A DNA stretch of 63,926 nt, from NCBI GenBank assembly GCA_051294375.1, contig CM119268.1, positions 1,043,218 to 1,107,143 of the forward strand. Direction: 5' to 3'. Source of the DNA: Paraspadella gotoi (lineage: Eukaryota > Animalia > Chaetognatha). Both the position numbers and the translations under genes were made by a program. Below, one piece after another: positions 1-11,274 of the stretch (the stretch's first letter is position 1; each line of letters starts with the position of its first letter). The notes beneath the pieces are model-generated. The model made no database searches, was not told the DNA's origin, and saw only the letters and a list, made by a program, of their open reading frames with translations.

Positions 1-249
1 GTTGAACGTTTTGATGATAAGATCGTCGCTCTTAACTTTTGAACGCGTTGGTGGATTTTAGTCCACCATAAGTTTTACTTACTTTTTGCCTCTTCACTTT
101 CACTCTTCACTTGTCGGCATTTTCATTTTTTACTTCCTATAATTCATATTTTCTCTCACTTTAACTTACACTTTAAACTCTCGTCTTTTTCCCTAATCAC
201 TTTCACCGATTTCCCCCCCCTTCCCCCCCCCCCTTTCTCCGCACCCCAG

Positions 250-2310
250 GTCTTCGCGGAGTTCGAGAAGATCCCGCGAAAGAGACCCAACATGTTGATG
301 GACGTGACGACGGCGTCGGCGGAGGAGAACGAGTCACGGAATCGCTTCAAGGACGTCCTGCCCTACGAGGACACGAGAGTCAAACTCAAACCGACGGGCA
401 GCAACCCGGCCGGCTACGTCAATGCCTCGCACATTCAAGTAACGGAGTTTATAGGGCGGTCTATTAGTCGGTTTGAATAATTTTGCTTTCTTTTAAGTCA
501 TACCGAATATGATTTGATTAAAGTTGATATTGCACTATGACTAGTAATTAAACAAAACCAAATAAACAAGATTTTATGGCTGCGTTTCAAAAAAAAAAAA
601 TATATATATATATATAATTATTAATTATAAATATTTTTCAAATTATCAATATTTGAGGCGGAATAAAAAATCTAATTAACTTTTTATTAAATTTAATCAA
701 ATCAAATATATATTTATTATTATTAAATTCAGGTTCAGTACCAGGACGTGTCCTTGCGCTACATCGCGGCACAAGCCCCGATGGGCAACACGGTGGCGTC
801 GTGGTGGGCGCTCATTTGGGAGAACGACGTCAGGATCATCGCCATGTTGACCGACGTCGGGGGTCAGAGGTAAAGGAGGGCCCCCACTATAGGGTGGATG
901 ACGGAAAATATCACAGGGCCTCGCTATCGAGACAGAACGACTGTAGGGTTGGTGATAAACGCGATTAAGGGAAGGGCAAAGGTCACAGGGTTGAGAATTA
1001 GGGGGGGGTTCAAACTTCATAGTTAGGAAGTGGAAGTCGTATTTCACCGTTTCAGTGTGTGGAAGGCCTTATTGGAATTGTAAAAGTTTAAACTGTCAAA
1101 GTTGTAAAACAAGGTTGGCCGATAATTAAAATTCGAGCAAGAGAGCGGCGTCGTAGCTCGGTTTCGCTTAATCCTCACCCCGTCCGCAGCCCGTCGACTT
1201 ACTCCGCTAAACCCACCAAACCGACCTCGCCTATTGGATCGAGCAGAAGCTTTCCTTACTTTCCCGATACCGTAGGGAACAAGAGCAAGTTGAAGTTCGG
1301 AGAAGTAAGTTAACATTAACCTAAGAAAATTGAAATATAAACTTGGAAATAATCCTGCTATTTTTCCCACAGTTCCATGTGTCTCTCCAACTGTGCAACG
1401 CGGCGCCCTCATACGTCACCAGATGCTTGCTCGTCAAAAACGTCAAATCGAAGGAGGAACGTAAAGTGTGGCATCTCCAACTCACCGAATGGCCCGACCA
1501 TGGATGCCCAGAGGATGTTCATAGTTTTTTGGGTAGGCTTACTTTAAATGTTAATATAATTGTGAATTTAATTATACTTAATTTGTCCTGCGTTTTATTT
1601 TCGCAGCCTACATCGAAGAGCTGGAGTCCATCCGTCGACACGTGGCGTCCGAGGCGCAGACGACGAAATCCCGCCAATCAGCGACGAGATCAAATTCCAA
1701 CCAATCGGAGAAGAGATCGACGCTAACTGCCGGCGCTTCGCTGTTCGGCGGGAGGGGATCGTCCGGAAGCCGCAAGTCCGACCCAATAAGTAAGTTACTA
1801 CTTCGACTGGTTTGATTAACACATTGTAATTAAAAGAATACGATTGATTAAAAATCATATTTAACTTGTTTTGGCTGTGCAGGTCCTCCGAAATCACCCA
1901 CGCAATCCGCCGACGCTCCGCCGCCGCCGACGCTTGTCCACTGCACCGCCGGCGTCGGCAGAACCGGCGTACTCATCCTCACCGAAGTCATGATGGCCTG
2001 TCTCGAACAGAATCTGGTCAGTTTTGCCTAAAATTAGGAAAAGAGAGATTGAGAAAAGAGAGATTGAGAAAAGAGAGATTGAGACAAGAGAGATTGAGAC
2101 AGGGAGAGAAATCACGCGAATGAGTTTCACAGCGAATGTTCATTGTTCAATCGCTCGCATCTTCGCCCCCCCCTTCCGCAGAAAATCGACGTTCCCAAGG
2201 CGTTGCTCTACATTCGTCAACAACGCATGCTGATGGTTCAGACGTTGGGCCAATACAGCTTCGTCTACAAAGCCCTCATTCAACATCTCAGAAATTCCAG
2301 ACTCATCTGA
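250..2310 (+). CDS. PTPN14: Non-receptor protein tyrosine phosphatase, PTPN14/PTPN21 (Pez)-like; 3' part only (PTP domain and C-terminus), 5' exons upstream of the window
   Basis: Seven GT-AG exons that splice in frame: 250-438, 733-869, 1190-1304, 1373-1532, 1607-1789, 1883-2016, 2182-2310 (TGA). Translation gives [76 protein letters not shown] and the C-terminus RNSRLI*. The terminal SRLI is characteristic of PTPN14/PTPN21. The invertebrate gene is probably co-orthologous to both. Confidence 0.92.
2038..2102 (+). repeat. 15-bp intronic minisatellite
   Basis: (GAAAAGAGAGATTGA) about 4 copies in the last PTP intron. Confidence 0.8.
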
Positions 2311-4561
2311 TCGGCGGAGTTTCGGATAACAAATAGAAATAGATATCGAGATTTTAACGTTGCCATGGCAACCTTTCCCCTCTCGAACGACGCCTCGTTT
2401 TCATCGTCGCCCCTCGTGCTAATTGTTCCGACCTTTTTTTTTTTGCGCAGCTTCCGTTAGTCGCTAATCCCGTTTTGTCTCGAAAAACCCAACTTCTTTG
2501 AATGCTGCATCTTTTTATTTCTTTGTTGGCCGTCTGCCGCTGCCGCCGCCGCCCTCTTCGTTTCATCCCTACATTTTAATTTTTTCTGTTTTGTGCCGTT
2601 TGTTGAATTTTCAGTTATTTTAGCTAATATTTGACCATGTTGAATTTGTACAATTATACGAATGCCGCTATTAATTATAATTCATTGAGATTGATATTAA
2701 AAAGTCACGCAAAGAAATTGTGGTTTATTTTTTGTGGGGGGGAAACACCAAATTAGATTAAATGTAAAATTAATATAGGGATATATATTTTATATAGCTA
2801 TATTGAAATCCCTGTCTACTTACTTAAATGTGATCTGGAAAACAATCAAATCTTCATTCATCAAGAAAATAAGAATAAAGAGGCCGTTCTTGTAGTTTTA
2901 TTGGAAAAGTACACAAAATTTAAGTGATTCTATTATCAGTACATAATTGTAGCACCATATTTCTCTTCAACAATATTTCAAACCGACATAAAAATATCAA
3001 TGACTGTGTTATAACTGTATTGGCGAAGAATCGAAACGATTCCGTGTCATTAAATGCAATGGTTTAGACTTCGTGCACATTTAGCGTTATACTACATTAA
3101 TTTTACAAATGTCACGTTGTTTGGCAAGCGTTTTAAGCAGAAAGCTAGATATTATAAAAAACGGACCAGTTTTATTTAATCATTCATTTCCTAAAAATCT
3201 AATTCATTTTATTATATTTTACAAAGTAACAAAGTTACGTTTTTCTTTATTATTAAATAACGCTATATACGGTTGATTGAATCTTGATGATAATTACCTA
3301 ATTTTATCATTTTTTTCATTTTGATCATTAAATAAATACATTGGTGGAACTTTATATCTCTATTCGATAATATTATCCAAAAATGCGCAAGAAAAGCTGA
3401 ANNNNNNNNNNNNNNNNNNNNNNNNNAACAATAATATTATATACACAGCTGAAATACATATTTTTAACGCAACTGTTTAGTATTATTCCCGACATTTCCA
3501 AAGACAGTCTAATTGACTTACAAACATTTTTAAGCAAAAAAATAAATTTACAAAGCGTAACAGAGAAAACAAACTTTAGCATGCAAAAAAAAAAACTCCG
3601 TTTTTTTTAAAACATAATTTTTTTTTGAAATAAACGAGTCAACGCGAAAAGCGAGGCCGGTGGCGATTTCATTTCTCAGGCGCTGCCCCGATTTTCGTCC
3701 GTTTTTCTTTTTGTTCTTTCTTCTTTCCACAACAGACTCTCCAAATAAACAACAGACGCAAACGACTCCAAAGAAGAATCCAAATCCAGCCGTAAATCCG
3801 ACAATCACTGCGGAATCCATCTTGGTTTGTTTGTTTTTTTTAGTTTATAATTATCCGAGAAAATTGTGAACACCCTGCGTTGCTGGGTTTACAGTTGGCC
3901 TTTTATTTGGTAAACGGTTGGTGTTCTTTTGTTGTTGTTTTTTTTTGTCTTTTTGGCTGATGTAGTTGGAGGAGGACGTGGAAATTTGACGTTCTGATCT
4001 GAAAGAAATGTTCGATGCGACGAGTTGTAATATCAAAGTGGTTTTCATTTTTCAATCCGCACTTACCTAATGTTAAGACGATTTCTTCAAACGCTTTTAA
4101 TGTTTTTCTTTTTGAATTATAAGGATAAGAGGGAAAGCTGGACTAACAAAGAGTTTGAAACGTAGTTGGCGGGCGATATTACATTGCATGCCTCTAGGAG
4201 GGCCTGGATGGCAACGAAAAAGATACCTTGTTGAATTCTGGCTGATGACCTCGAACGTCCTTGCAGATTCTTCTTAGTCATGCGACATCAATTGTAAAAA
4301 TCGTGGATACTGATTGACGGAGTTTGAAATCTCTCATAGGAGATGTCAATGCTATCTAGTGTGGTCCGTATGAAAATAATCTGCAGCAACTGACAATTAA
4401 GTTGAAAATAGGAATAATCATTATTATAATGTATTTAAATTTGAATTTTTTTGAAATAAATCTTTCCTTCCTTTGTGTTAATTTCCGTATAGTGTATATT
4501 ATTATTAATATTTTTATTAATTTTATTATTTATTTATTATTATCACACGTATTCAATCTTT

Positions 4562-4598
<37 letters not shown>

Positions 4599-4707
4599 TA
4601 AAATTGATTGCAGCCATAAAATTCAATCTTTTAACAAACAGCAGTATTCTTTTCTAGATTTTTTTTTCCTGGTATATGACGAAAAATAAAAATAACGAAA
4701 ATAAAAT

Positions 4708-4950
4708 ATGAATTGGTACAACCAATATAAAACTATCCATTCATTTAATAAATAAACGGCTATCTTGCCCCTGACTTTGGACAGGCTTTGGTGGTTTAAG
4801 GCCTCCATCACTCTTGTAGAGACATATCAGGATATTCAGGTCCCTGCACACTTACTCTCTCGCAGTCTCGTTTATTCACTCCCAGAGTACCTGACCTCCC
4901 GATCAATGAAGTGGTATAATATGTATAAAAGAATGTTCCAAATGTATGAA
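4708..4950 (+). mobile_element. Dispersed ~240-bp repeat family A, copy 1
   Basis: ATGAA(A)TTGGTACAACCAAT...CTTGCCCCTGACTTTGGACAGGCTTTGGTGGTTTAAGGCCTCCATCACTCTT...ACTCCCAGAGTACCTG recurs at 7782-7882, 8739-8995, 9080-9360, 35200-35327 and 57248-57439. Confidence 0.8.
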
Positions 4951-5626
4951 TAGTGGCTGTATACATACATACATACATACATACATACATGTATGTATGT
5001 AGAACTAGGATAAGAACTAAGAGGTAAGAAGCTTTGAACTAAGAACTTTGTTCTTTTTTCAATTCCTCGGCTTTTCTGATTTACTTTTTTCACGCCAGAG
5101 GTTCAAATCACTAACCCCTCGAACATTTGAGCATCTTATTGACTAATAAATCGGGAGCATCTTGCAAATGTTAATTTTTTACCAGTTTTTATTTACTATT
5201 TATTACTAGTTATTATTTATTAGTTATCTCGAATGACTATTGAAATGACTCAACTCTCCAACTGTTAGAATTTTTCTGTGATTGTTCGTTCCTGTGATTC
5301 TCCGTATTTTGTTTTATATTTTGATGCCCTTTTGGACGACCAGTCTTCCTCATTTATTTTGTTGTCTTTTTATTTCCAAAAAAAAAAGGTTACTTTTACT
5401 TTCGCCGAGCGTTTTGGCATATTTGAAAAACTATTTAAAAATATTTATTTAAAAAAAATTATTACACTCACCCTAAACCCTTACCACCCCAAACCGCGGA
5501 AGGCGAAAGTAAAATTATCTAATAATCTATTCACCCAATTACTATTCAATGTAGTAACTCGTGAAACCGCTATTAAATGATTTCATCCTTGTATCAGTTA
5601 AATTTTGCGGAACCAAAAAAAAAAAA

Positions 5627-6481
5627 ATGCTCACAAAGAATACCGCATTCCAATGCCGCTCTCGGTGGAGGAATACCGCATCGGCCAACTCTACATGATC
5701 GCCAAACACTCGCACGAGATGTCCGAAAAGGGAGAGGGCGTGGAGGTCGTCGCCAACGAGCTCCATCACGATGTCCACGGCGACGGCCAATACACTGAGA
5801 AGCGCGTCTACCTCAACAAAAAGCTTCCTACTTGGATCAGCAACTGGGTCCCGCAGATTTTCTACGTCACCGAAAAATCTTGGAACTATTATCCTTACGT
5901 AGTGACGGAATTTTCTTGCTCCTTCCTCCCTGGTTCTCTTTGCAGCATCGAGACTCGCTACGAGAACAACGCGGGGACGTCGGACAACTGCTTGAACCTC
6001 TCCGCGGAATCCCTGGCGCTCGGGAAGTGGATATCGTCGACATCGCCGCCGAATCGGTCGCGGAGCACAAGTACAAAGCCGAAGAGGATCCCACGCTCTT
6101 TCGCTCGAAGAAAACGGGGCGGGGACCGCTGGGGCCCGCTGGATGGAAGAGGCCGACCCCCGTCATGTGTTCCTACAAGGTGGTACAGGTCAAGTTCGAA
6201 TTTTGGGGCTTTCAGACCAAAGTCGAGTCCTGGGTCCACGACGTAGTTCGCCAGGTGCTGCTGTTGGGCACAAACAGGCCTTCGCTTGGATCGACGACTG
6301 GTACGAGTTGACGATGGAAGATCTTCGCCAATGGGAAGCAGAGATTCAGTCGGAAACGAATCGAAAGGTGATTGGAAGCGATCGTCGACGCCACTGCGGA
6401 CGACGATCCCGTCGCTTCACGTCACAGGCTGCCGACGTGGCGCATGCGGACTCTTTCGGGTTTAATATTCGCCGCGACTGA
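5627..6481 (+). CDS. PITPNC1: Cytoplasmic phosphatidylinositol transfer protein (PITPNC1 / rdgB-beta), single coding exon, at least 3 frameshifts in this assembly
   Basis: ATG at 5627, then KEYRIPMPLSVEEYRIGQLYMIAKHSHE..GEGVEVV..YTEKRVYLN.KLP..IFYVTEKSWNYYPY..IETRYE..REV..VDIA..EDP..F.SKKTGRG..MCSYKVVQVKF..WGFQTKVE..GHKQAFAWIDDWYELTM. This is collinear with class IIB PITPs. Frame switches near 5636, 6020 and 6265 occur at short homopolymers. A candidate splice acceptor (tatcag, 5592-5597) lies just before the ATG. Confidence 0.9.
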
Positions 6482-7093
6482 ATCTTTAGAGACTCAAAGT
6501 TAAAAGTTAAAAGTTTGAACTTGTCCTTCGTCGGAAGTTTATCGACATTGTAATTGTGAATGGGAAGTTAGTTGGATCTCTTCGTGCCTTCCTTTTACCA
6601 GAGATTGAGAAAATTACTTAATAGTTATGGTAGTAACCATAGTGGCTAGGTTATTTTCAATTTATTCTCCATGAAACTTGAAAATCCATTTTGAAATATT
6701 AATAGTCGAATTTAATAACCATCCATTTTGGCCAAATTATATTTTATTCTATACTACAATCATTATTTAAATTTTTTTGTTCTTAGGCTTTAGGCCAAGT
6801 ATTAAGTACTATTTACATCTAGTAGTAGCTTAGTGAATCGCCTGCCTTATGTCTCATACGTTTAAAGTACCCCAATTGGGAAGTGCCAGTATATATTTTA
6901 TTAAATCGCAAAATATTACATTAGTTATTCATATTTATAAATAACAATACCATCGTAAAGTACATTTCTTCCTTTGTCGCGTATTGATTCTTTTCTCACG
7001 ATACACATTTAAATCGCTTCTTCCTCGTCCCCCCAGCCCCCCTCAGGCCCCCCTCAGGCCCCCATCACTGGGACCATCTTCCAATCAACCTTC

Positions 7094-7695
7094 TCACCCT
7101 CTACCCGGTCTTGGCCTGGGCGCCCTCAAGGCCGCTGGTAAGGCCGTCGCCGATAGGGATTGTTGTTGAAGACACATTGCCTAAAGGAGTAACGTCAATG
7201 TAGTTATTTTAATGTTAAAAAAAATGAAAATAAAAATCGCACCTGTAAGAAGATGCTAATTATCTGGTCGGTGCTGATGCCCCCGCCGCCTCCGCCTCCT
7301 CCGACGGCCTGATTGGCCATGGCCGAGTTCAACTGTTGCCTCGTGCGCGGATTGGACGAGATGATGGCGGCGACATTGCGGTTGTTAAGGAGCTGCTGCG
7401 GCGCTGCAGTTTGATACGATTTAAGCGGTTTAAACTAAAGTATTTATAAACAACAGCAAGCTCCCTTACATTGAAATCGGCTGATTCCGTATCGGCTCAA
7501 GATGCTCTGCGCGCCGCCCCCGAACGGGCTGCTGGGGAACCGGTTGAAGCTGATCGGGCGGCGACTGGGAGGCCGATTTCCTCGAGGGCCGGCGCCTCGT
7601 CGTCGTCTGCCGAAGAACGGGTTCAAGCCGCCGAAGCCTCCTCCTCCGCCGCCGCCGCCGCCGAAACCGCCGCCGAAACCGCCGGACATCAAACC
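7094..7695 (-). CDS. Gly/Arg-rich protein, three 3' coding exons (copy lacking its first exon)
   Basis: Exons 7695-7470, 7403-7243 and 7180-7094 with short GT-AG introns splice in frame: GLMSGGFGGGFGGGGGGGGGFGGLNPFFGRRRRGAGPRGNRPPSRRPISFNRFPSSPFGGGAQSILSRYGISRFQ|SPQQLLNNRNVAAIISSNPRTRQQLNSAMANQAVGGGGGGGGISTDQIISIFLQ|AMCLQQQSLSATALPAALRAPRPRPGRG*. Exons are GC-rich and introns AT-rich. Confidence 0.65.
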
Positions 7696-8117
7696 CTTTC
7701 GAGGGGAGGGAAATGTTTATAAACAATAAAATAATAAAATATAAATATTCGTGGGCTTTTGTTAGTTCGGAAATACATATATCCTGTCCAAAGTCGGGGG
7801 CAAGATAGTTTAGTGATCTGGGCCAACGCCTCTGAGGAAAATATTTCCACTTCATTGATAGGGAAGCCAGGTACTCTGGGAGATTAATGTTCTCAAAGTT
7901 AAACGAGCACCTTGTTTTTGATATTTTGAAAGCATTCGTACAATACAATCTCACATTGCCTTCAGGTCAGCGAGACTTCGGAGAGCACCAGCGCCACGCG
8001 ACACGGCTCCTCCGTTCTTCGGAGATTTTTATGTTCCAAGTATTATGAAAATAATTCCCTATTTTAAAAACCATTAATTGGCCGTAAAGGATTCTCAACA
8101 TGACAAGAGTAACCGTC

Positions 8118-10047
8118 ATGAAATCTTCATTATCTCAGGCGCGCTATGTTTGTCGATTTTGAGCGGCGGTTTTTGGAGGTGGGGGAGCTGCCGGCGGCCC
8201 CTGCAGAAACAATAACGCCTTGCTCTTCGTAAATTATTCATAATATTCATATAAGTATAATTACGATTTGGATACAACCAAATATCCTAAAAGTGACCGA
8301 GAGAGGGTCGCGAGCCTCTTCTGATGCATAATTGGTCATTATATCAGATATTTCCTCGTCAAGTTGCCTTGCTTTCCGTAACTTCTGACCCGGCGGTAGG
8401 CTTGCTTCCGGTGGTTTTAACTTGGGTTCAGAAATGAAGCTGTGAAGAAGTTTTAGTCTTCATTGCCCGTGGAGACGTAAACGTTTTGAGGTTTCCACCC
8501 GGCTGTGAAGTGTCTAACGCTGTGCTACACCGTTTGCTAATCCGAAGTGTCTAACGTGGCTTACTGCTAACTTGGCTAAACCGTTTAACTAACAATGAAC
8601 TCGCCCTACAGATATTTGACGGGAACGTTCTGAGAGAGAGAGAAGAAAAAAATATAGAGGAGAGAGAGCAGAGAAGAGAGGAGAAGAGATGAGAGAGAGC
8701 AGAGAGAGAGATAGAGAGAGAGAGATAGGCGAGGCTTAATGAAATTGGTACAACCAATATATATAAAAATATCCATTCATTTAATAAAATAAGCTCATCT
8801 TGCCCCTGACTTTGGACAGGCTTTGGTGGTTTAAGGCCTCCATCACTACTTACAAGATAATGACATACAGGTCCCTGCAAGCTTTTCAATCAAGACTCTT
8901 TCACAGTCTCCGTTTATTTCACTCCCAGAGTACCTGGCTTCCCTATCAATGAAGTGGAAAATATTTCAAAAAAGAATGTTTTCAAATTGTATGAAAAGAC
9001 CACTCCCTTAAGTATTTTAGATCGGGGAATACTTATTGTACTCCGCCCACTAGCATCAAAATACAAGGAGCTGAACTTTATGAAATTGGTTACAATCCAA
9101 TATAAATTAATCCATTCATTTAATAAATCAAGCTATCTTGCCCCTGACTTTTGGACAAGGCTTTGGTGGTTTAAGGCCTCCATCACTCTTACAAGATAAT
9201 GACATAGCAGGTCCCTGCAAGCGTTTCAATCAGACTCTTTCACAGTCTCGTTTATTCACTCCCAGAGTACCTGGCTTCCCCTATCAATGAAGTGGAAATA
9301 TTTTCCTCAAGAGCGTTGGCCCAGATCACTAAACTATCTTGCCCCCGACTTTGGACAGGATATATGTATTTCCGAACTAACAAAAAGCCCACGATATATT
9401 TTATTATTTTATTATTTTATTGTTTATTAAACATTTCCCTCCCCTCGAAAAGGTTTGATGTCCGGCGGTTTCGGCGGCGGTTTCGGCGGCGGCGGCGGCG
9501 GAGGAGGAGGCTTCGGCGGCTTGAACCCGTTCTTCGGCAGACGACGACGAGGGCGCGGCCCTCGAGGAAATCGGCCTCCCAGTCGCCGCCCGATCAGCTT
9601 CAACCGGTTCCCCAGCAGCCCGTTCGGGGCGGCGCGCAGAGCATCTTGAGCCGATACGGAATCAGCCGATTTCAATTTAAGGGAGCTTGCTGTTGTTTAT
9701 AAATACTTTATTTAAACCGCTTAAAATCGTATCAAACTGCAGCGCCGCAGCAGCTCCTTAACAACCGCAATGTCGCCGCCATCATCTCGTCCAATCGCGC
9801 ACGAGGCAACAGTTGAACTCGGCCATGGCAATCAGGCCGTCGGAGGAGGCGGAGGGCGGGGCATCAGCACCGACCAGATAATTAGCATCTTCTTACAGGT
9901 GCGATTTTATTTTCATTTTTTTTAACATTAAAATAACTACATTGACGTTACTCCTTTAGGCAATGTGTCTTCAACAACAATCCTATCGGCGACGGCCTTA
10001 CCAGCGCCTTGAGGGCGCCAGGCCAAGACCGGGTAGCTAGAGGGTGA
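8118..10047 (+). CDS. Gly/Arg-rich putative secreted protein, copy with candidate signal-peptide first exon (indel-damaged)
   Basis: Candidate exon 1 at 8118-8228 reads ATG..FIISGALCLSILSGG..GGPCRNNNALLF|gtaaat, but needs two single-base indel corrections. Then exons ~9453-9676, 9743-9898 and 9960-10047, which are the reverse complement of the 7094-7695 exons. Confidence 0.5.
8739..9360 (+). mobile_element. Repeat family A, two tandem copies plus a partial third
   Basis: Copies at 8739-8995 and 9080-9305, with a fragment ctatcttgcccccgactttggacagg at 9334-9359. Confidence 0.8.
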
Positions 10048-10651
10048 GAAGGTTGATTGGAAGATGGTCCCAGTGATGGGGCCTGAGGGGGCCTGAGGGG
10101 GCCTGAGGGGGACCAGAAAACGAATAATGTGTATCGTGAGAAAAGAATCAATACGCGACAAAAGAAGAAATGTACTTTACGATGGTCATTGTTATTTAAA
10201 ATATGAATAACTAATGTAATATTTTGCGATTAATAAATAAATATATTACTGGCACTTTCCCAATTGGGGTACTTTAAACGTATGAGACATAAGGCAGCGA
10301 TTCACTAAGCTACTACTAGATGTAAATAGTACTTAATACTTGGCCTAAAGCCTAAGAACAAAAAAATTTAAATAATGATTGTAGTATAGAATAAAATATA
10401 ATTTGGCAAAAATGGATGGTTATTAAATTCGACTATTAATATTTCAAAATGGATTTCAAGTTTCATGGAGATAAATTGAAATAACCTAGCCACTATGGTT
10501 ACTACCATAACTATTAAGTAATTTCTCAATCTCTGGTAAAAGGGAAGGCACGAAGAGATCCAAACTAAACTCCCATTTCACAATTACAATGTCGATAAAC
10601 TTCCGACGAAGGACAAGTTCAACTTTTAACTTAACTTTGAGTCTCTAAAGA

Positions 10652-11118
10652 TTCAGTCGCGGCGAAATTAAACCCGAAAGAGTCCCGCATGCGCCACGTC
10701 GGCAGCCTGTGACGTGGAAGCGACGGGATCGTCGTCCGCAGTGGGCGTCTGACGATTCGCTTCCAATCACCTTTCGATTTCGTTTCCGACTGAATCTCTG
10801 CTTCCCATTGGCGAAGATCTTCCATCGTCAACTCGTACCAGTCGTCGATCCAGGCGAAGGCCTGTTTGTGCCCCAACCAGCAGCACCTGGCGAACTACGT
10901 CGTGGAACCCAGGACTCGACTTTGGTCTGAAAGCCCCCAAAATTCAACTTGACCGTGACCACCTTGTTAGGAACACTATGACGGGGTCGGCCCTCTTCCA
11001 TCCAGCCGGGCCCCAGCGCGTCCCCCTCCGTTTTCTTCGAGCGAAAGAGCGTGGGATCCTCTTCGGCTTTGTACTTGTGCTCCGCGACCGATTCGGCGGC
11101 GATGTCGACGATATCCAT
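10652..11118 (-). pseudogene. PITPNC1: Second, inverted partial copy of the PITPNC1-like 3' half (probably an assembly duplicate)
   Basis: Reverse complement of about 6027-6481 (DIVDIAAESVAEHKYKAEEDP...GHKQAFAWIDDWYELTMEDLRQWE). It has many indels and is cut off by a CT run and a 25-N gap at 11135-11159. Confidence 0.75.
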
Positions 11119-11274
11119 CTTCCCTCTCTCTCTTNNNNNNNNNNNNNNNNNNNNNNNNNTTTTAAACATACAAAATTTAAAGAAGAAATCCATTTAAAAT
11201 TTAAAAGTAATTAATAAAATTATAATTTCGTTTAATGTTCAAAAGCAGTATAACGTTTATATCAGTCGCCTCAC

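Larger units (their letters stand above)
6027..11118. repeat. ~1.85-kb inverted duplication (arms 6027-7882 and 9259-11118, ~1.4-kb spacer)
   Basis: The arms are reverse complements across coding, intronic and intergenic sequence (e.g. 6780-6900 vs 10220-10360). They differ mostly by 1-nt indels. Confidence 0.92.

Noticed and set aside
7502-7729. Pro-rich ORF (KPPKPPPPPP) on the plus strand
   Set aside because: It is the antisense shadow of the Gly-rich exon. The splice signals are on the other strand.
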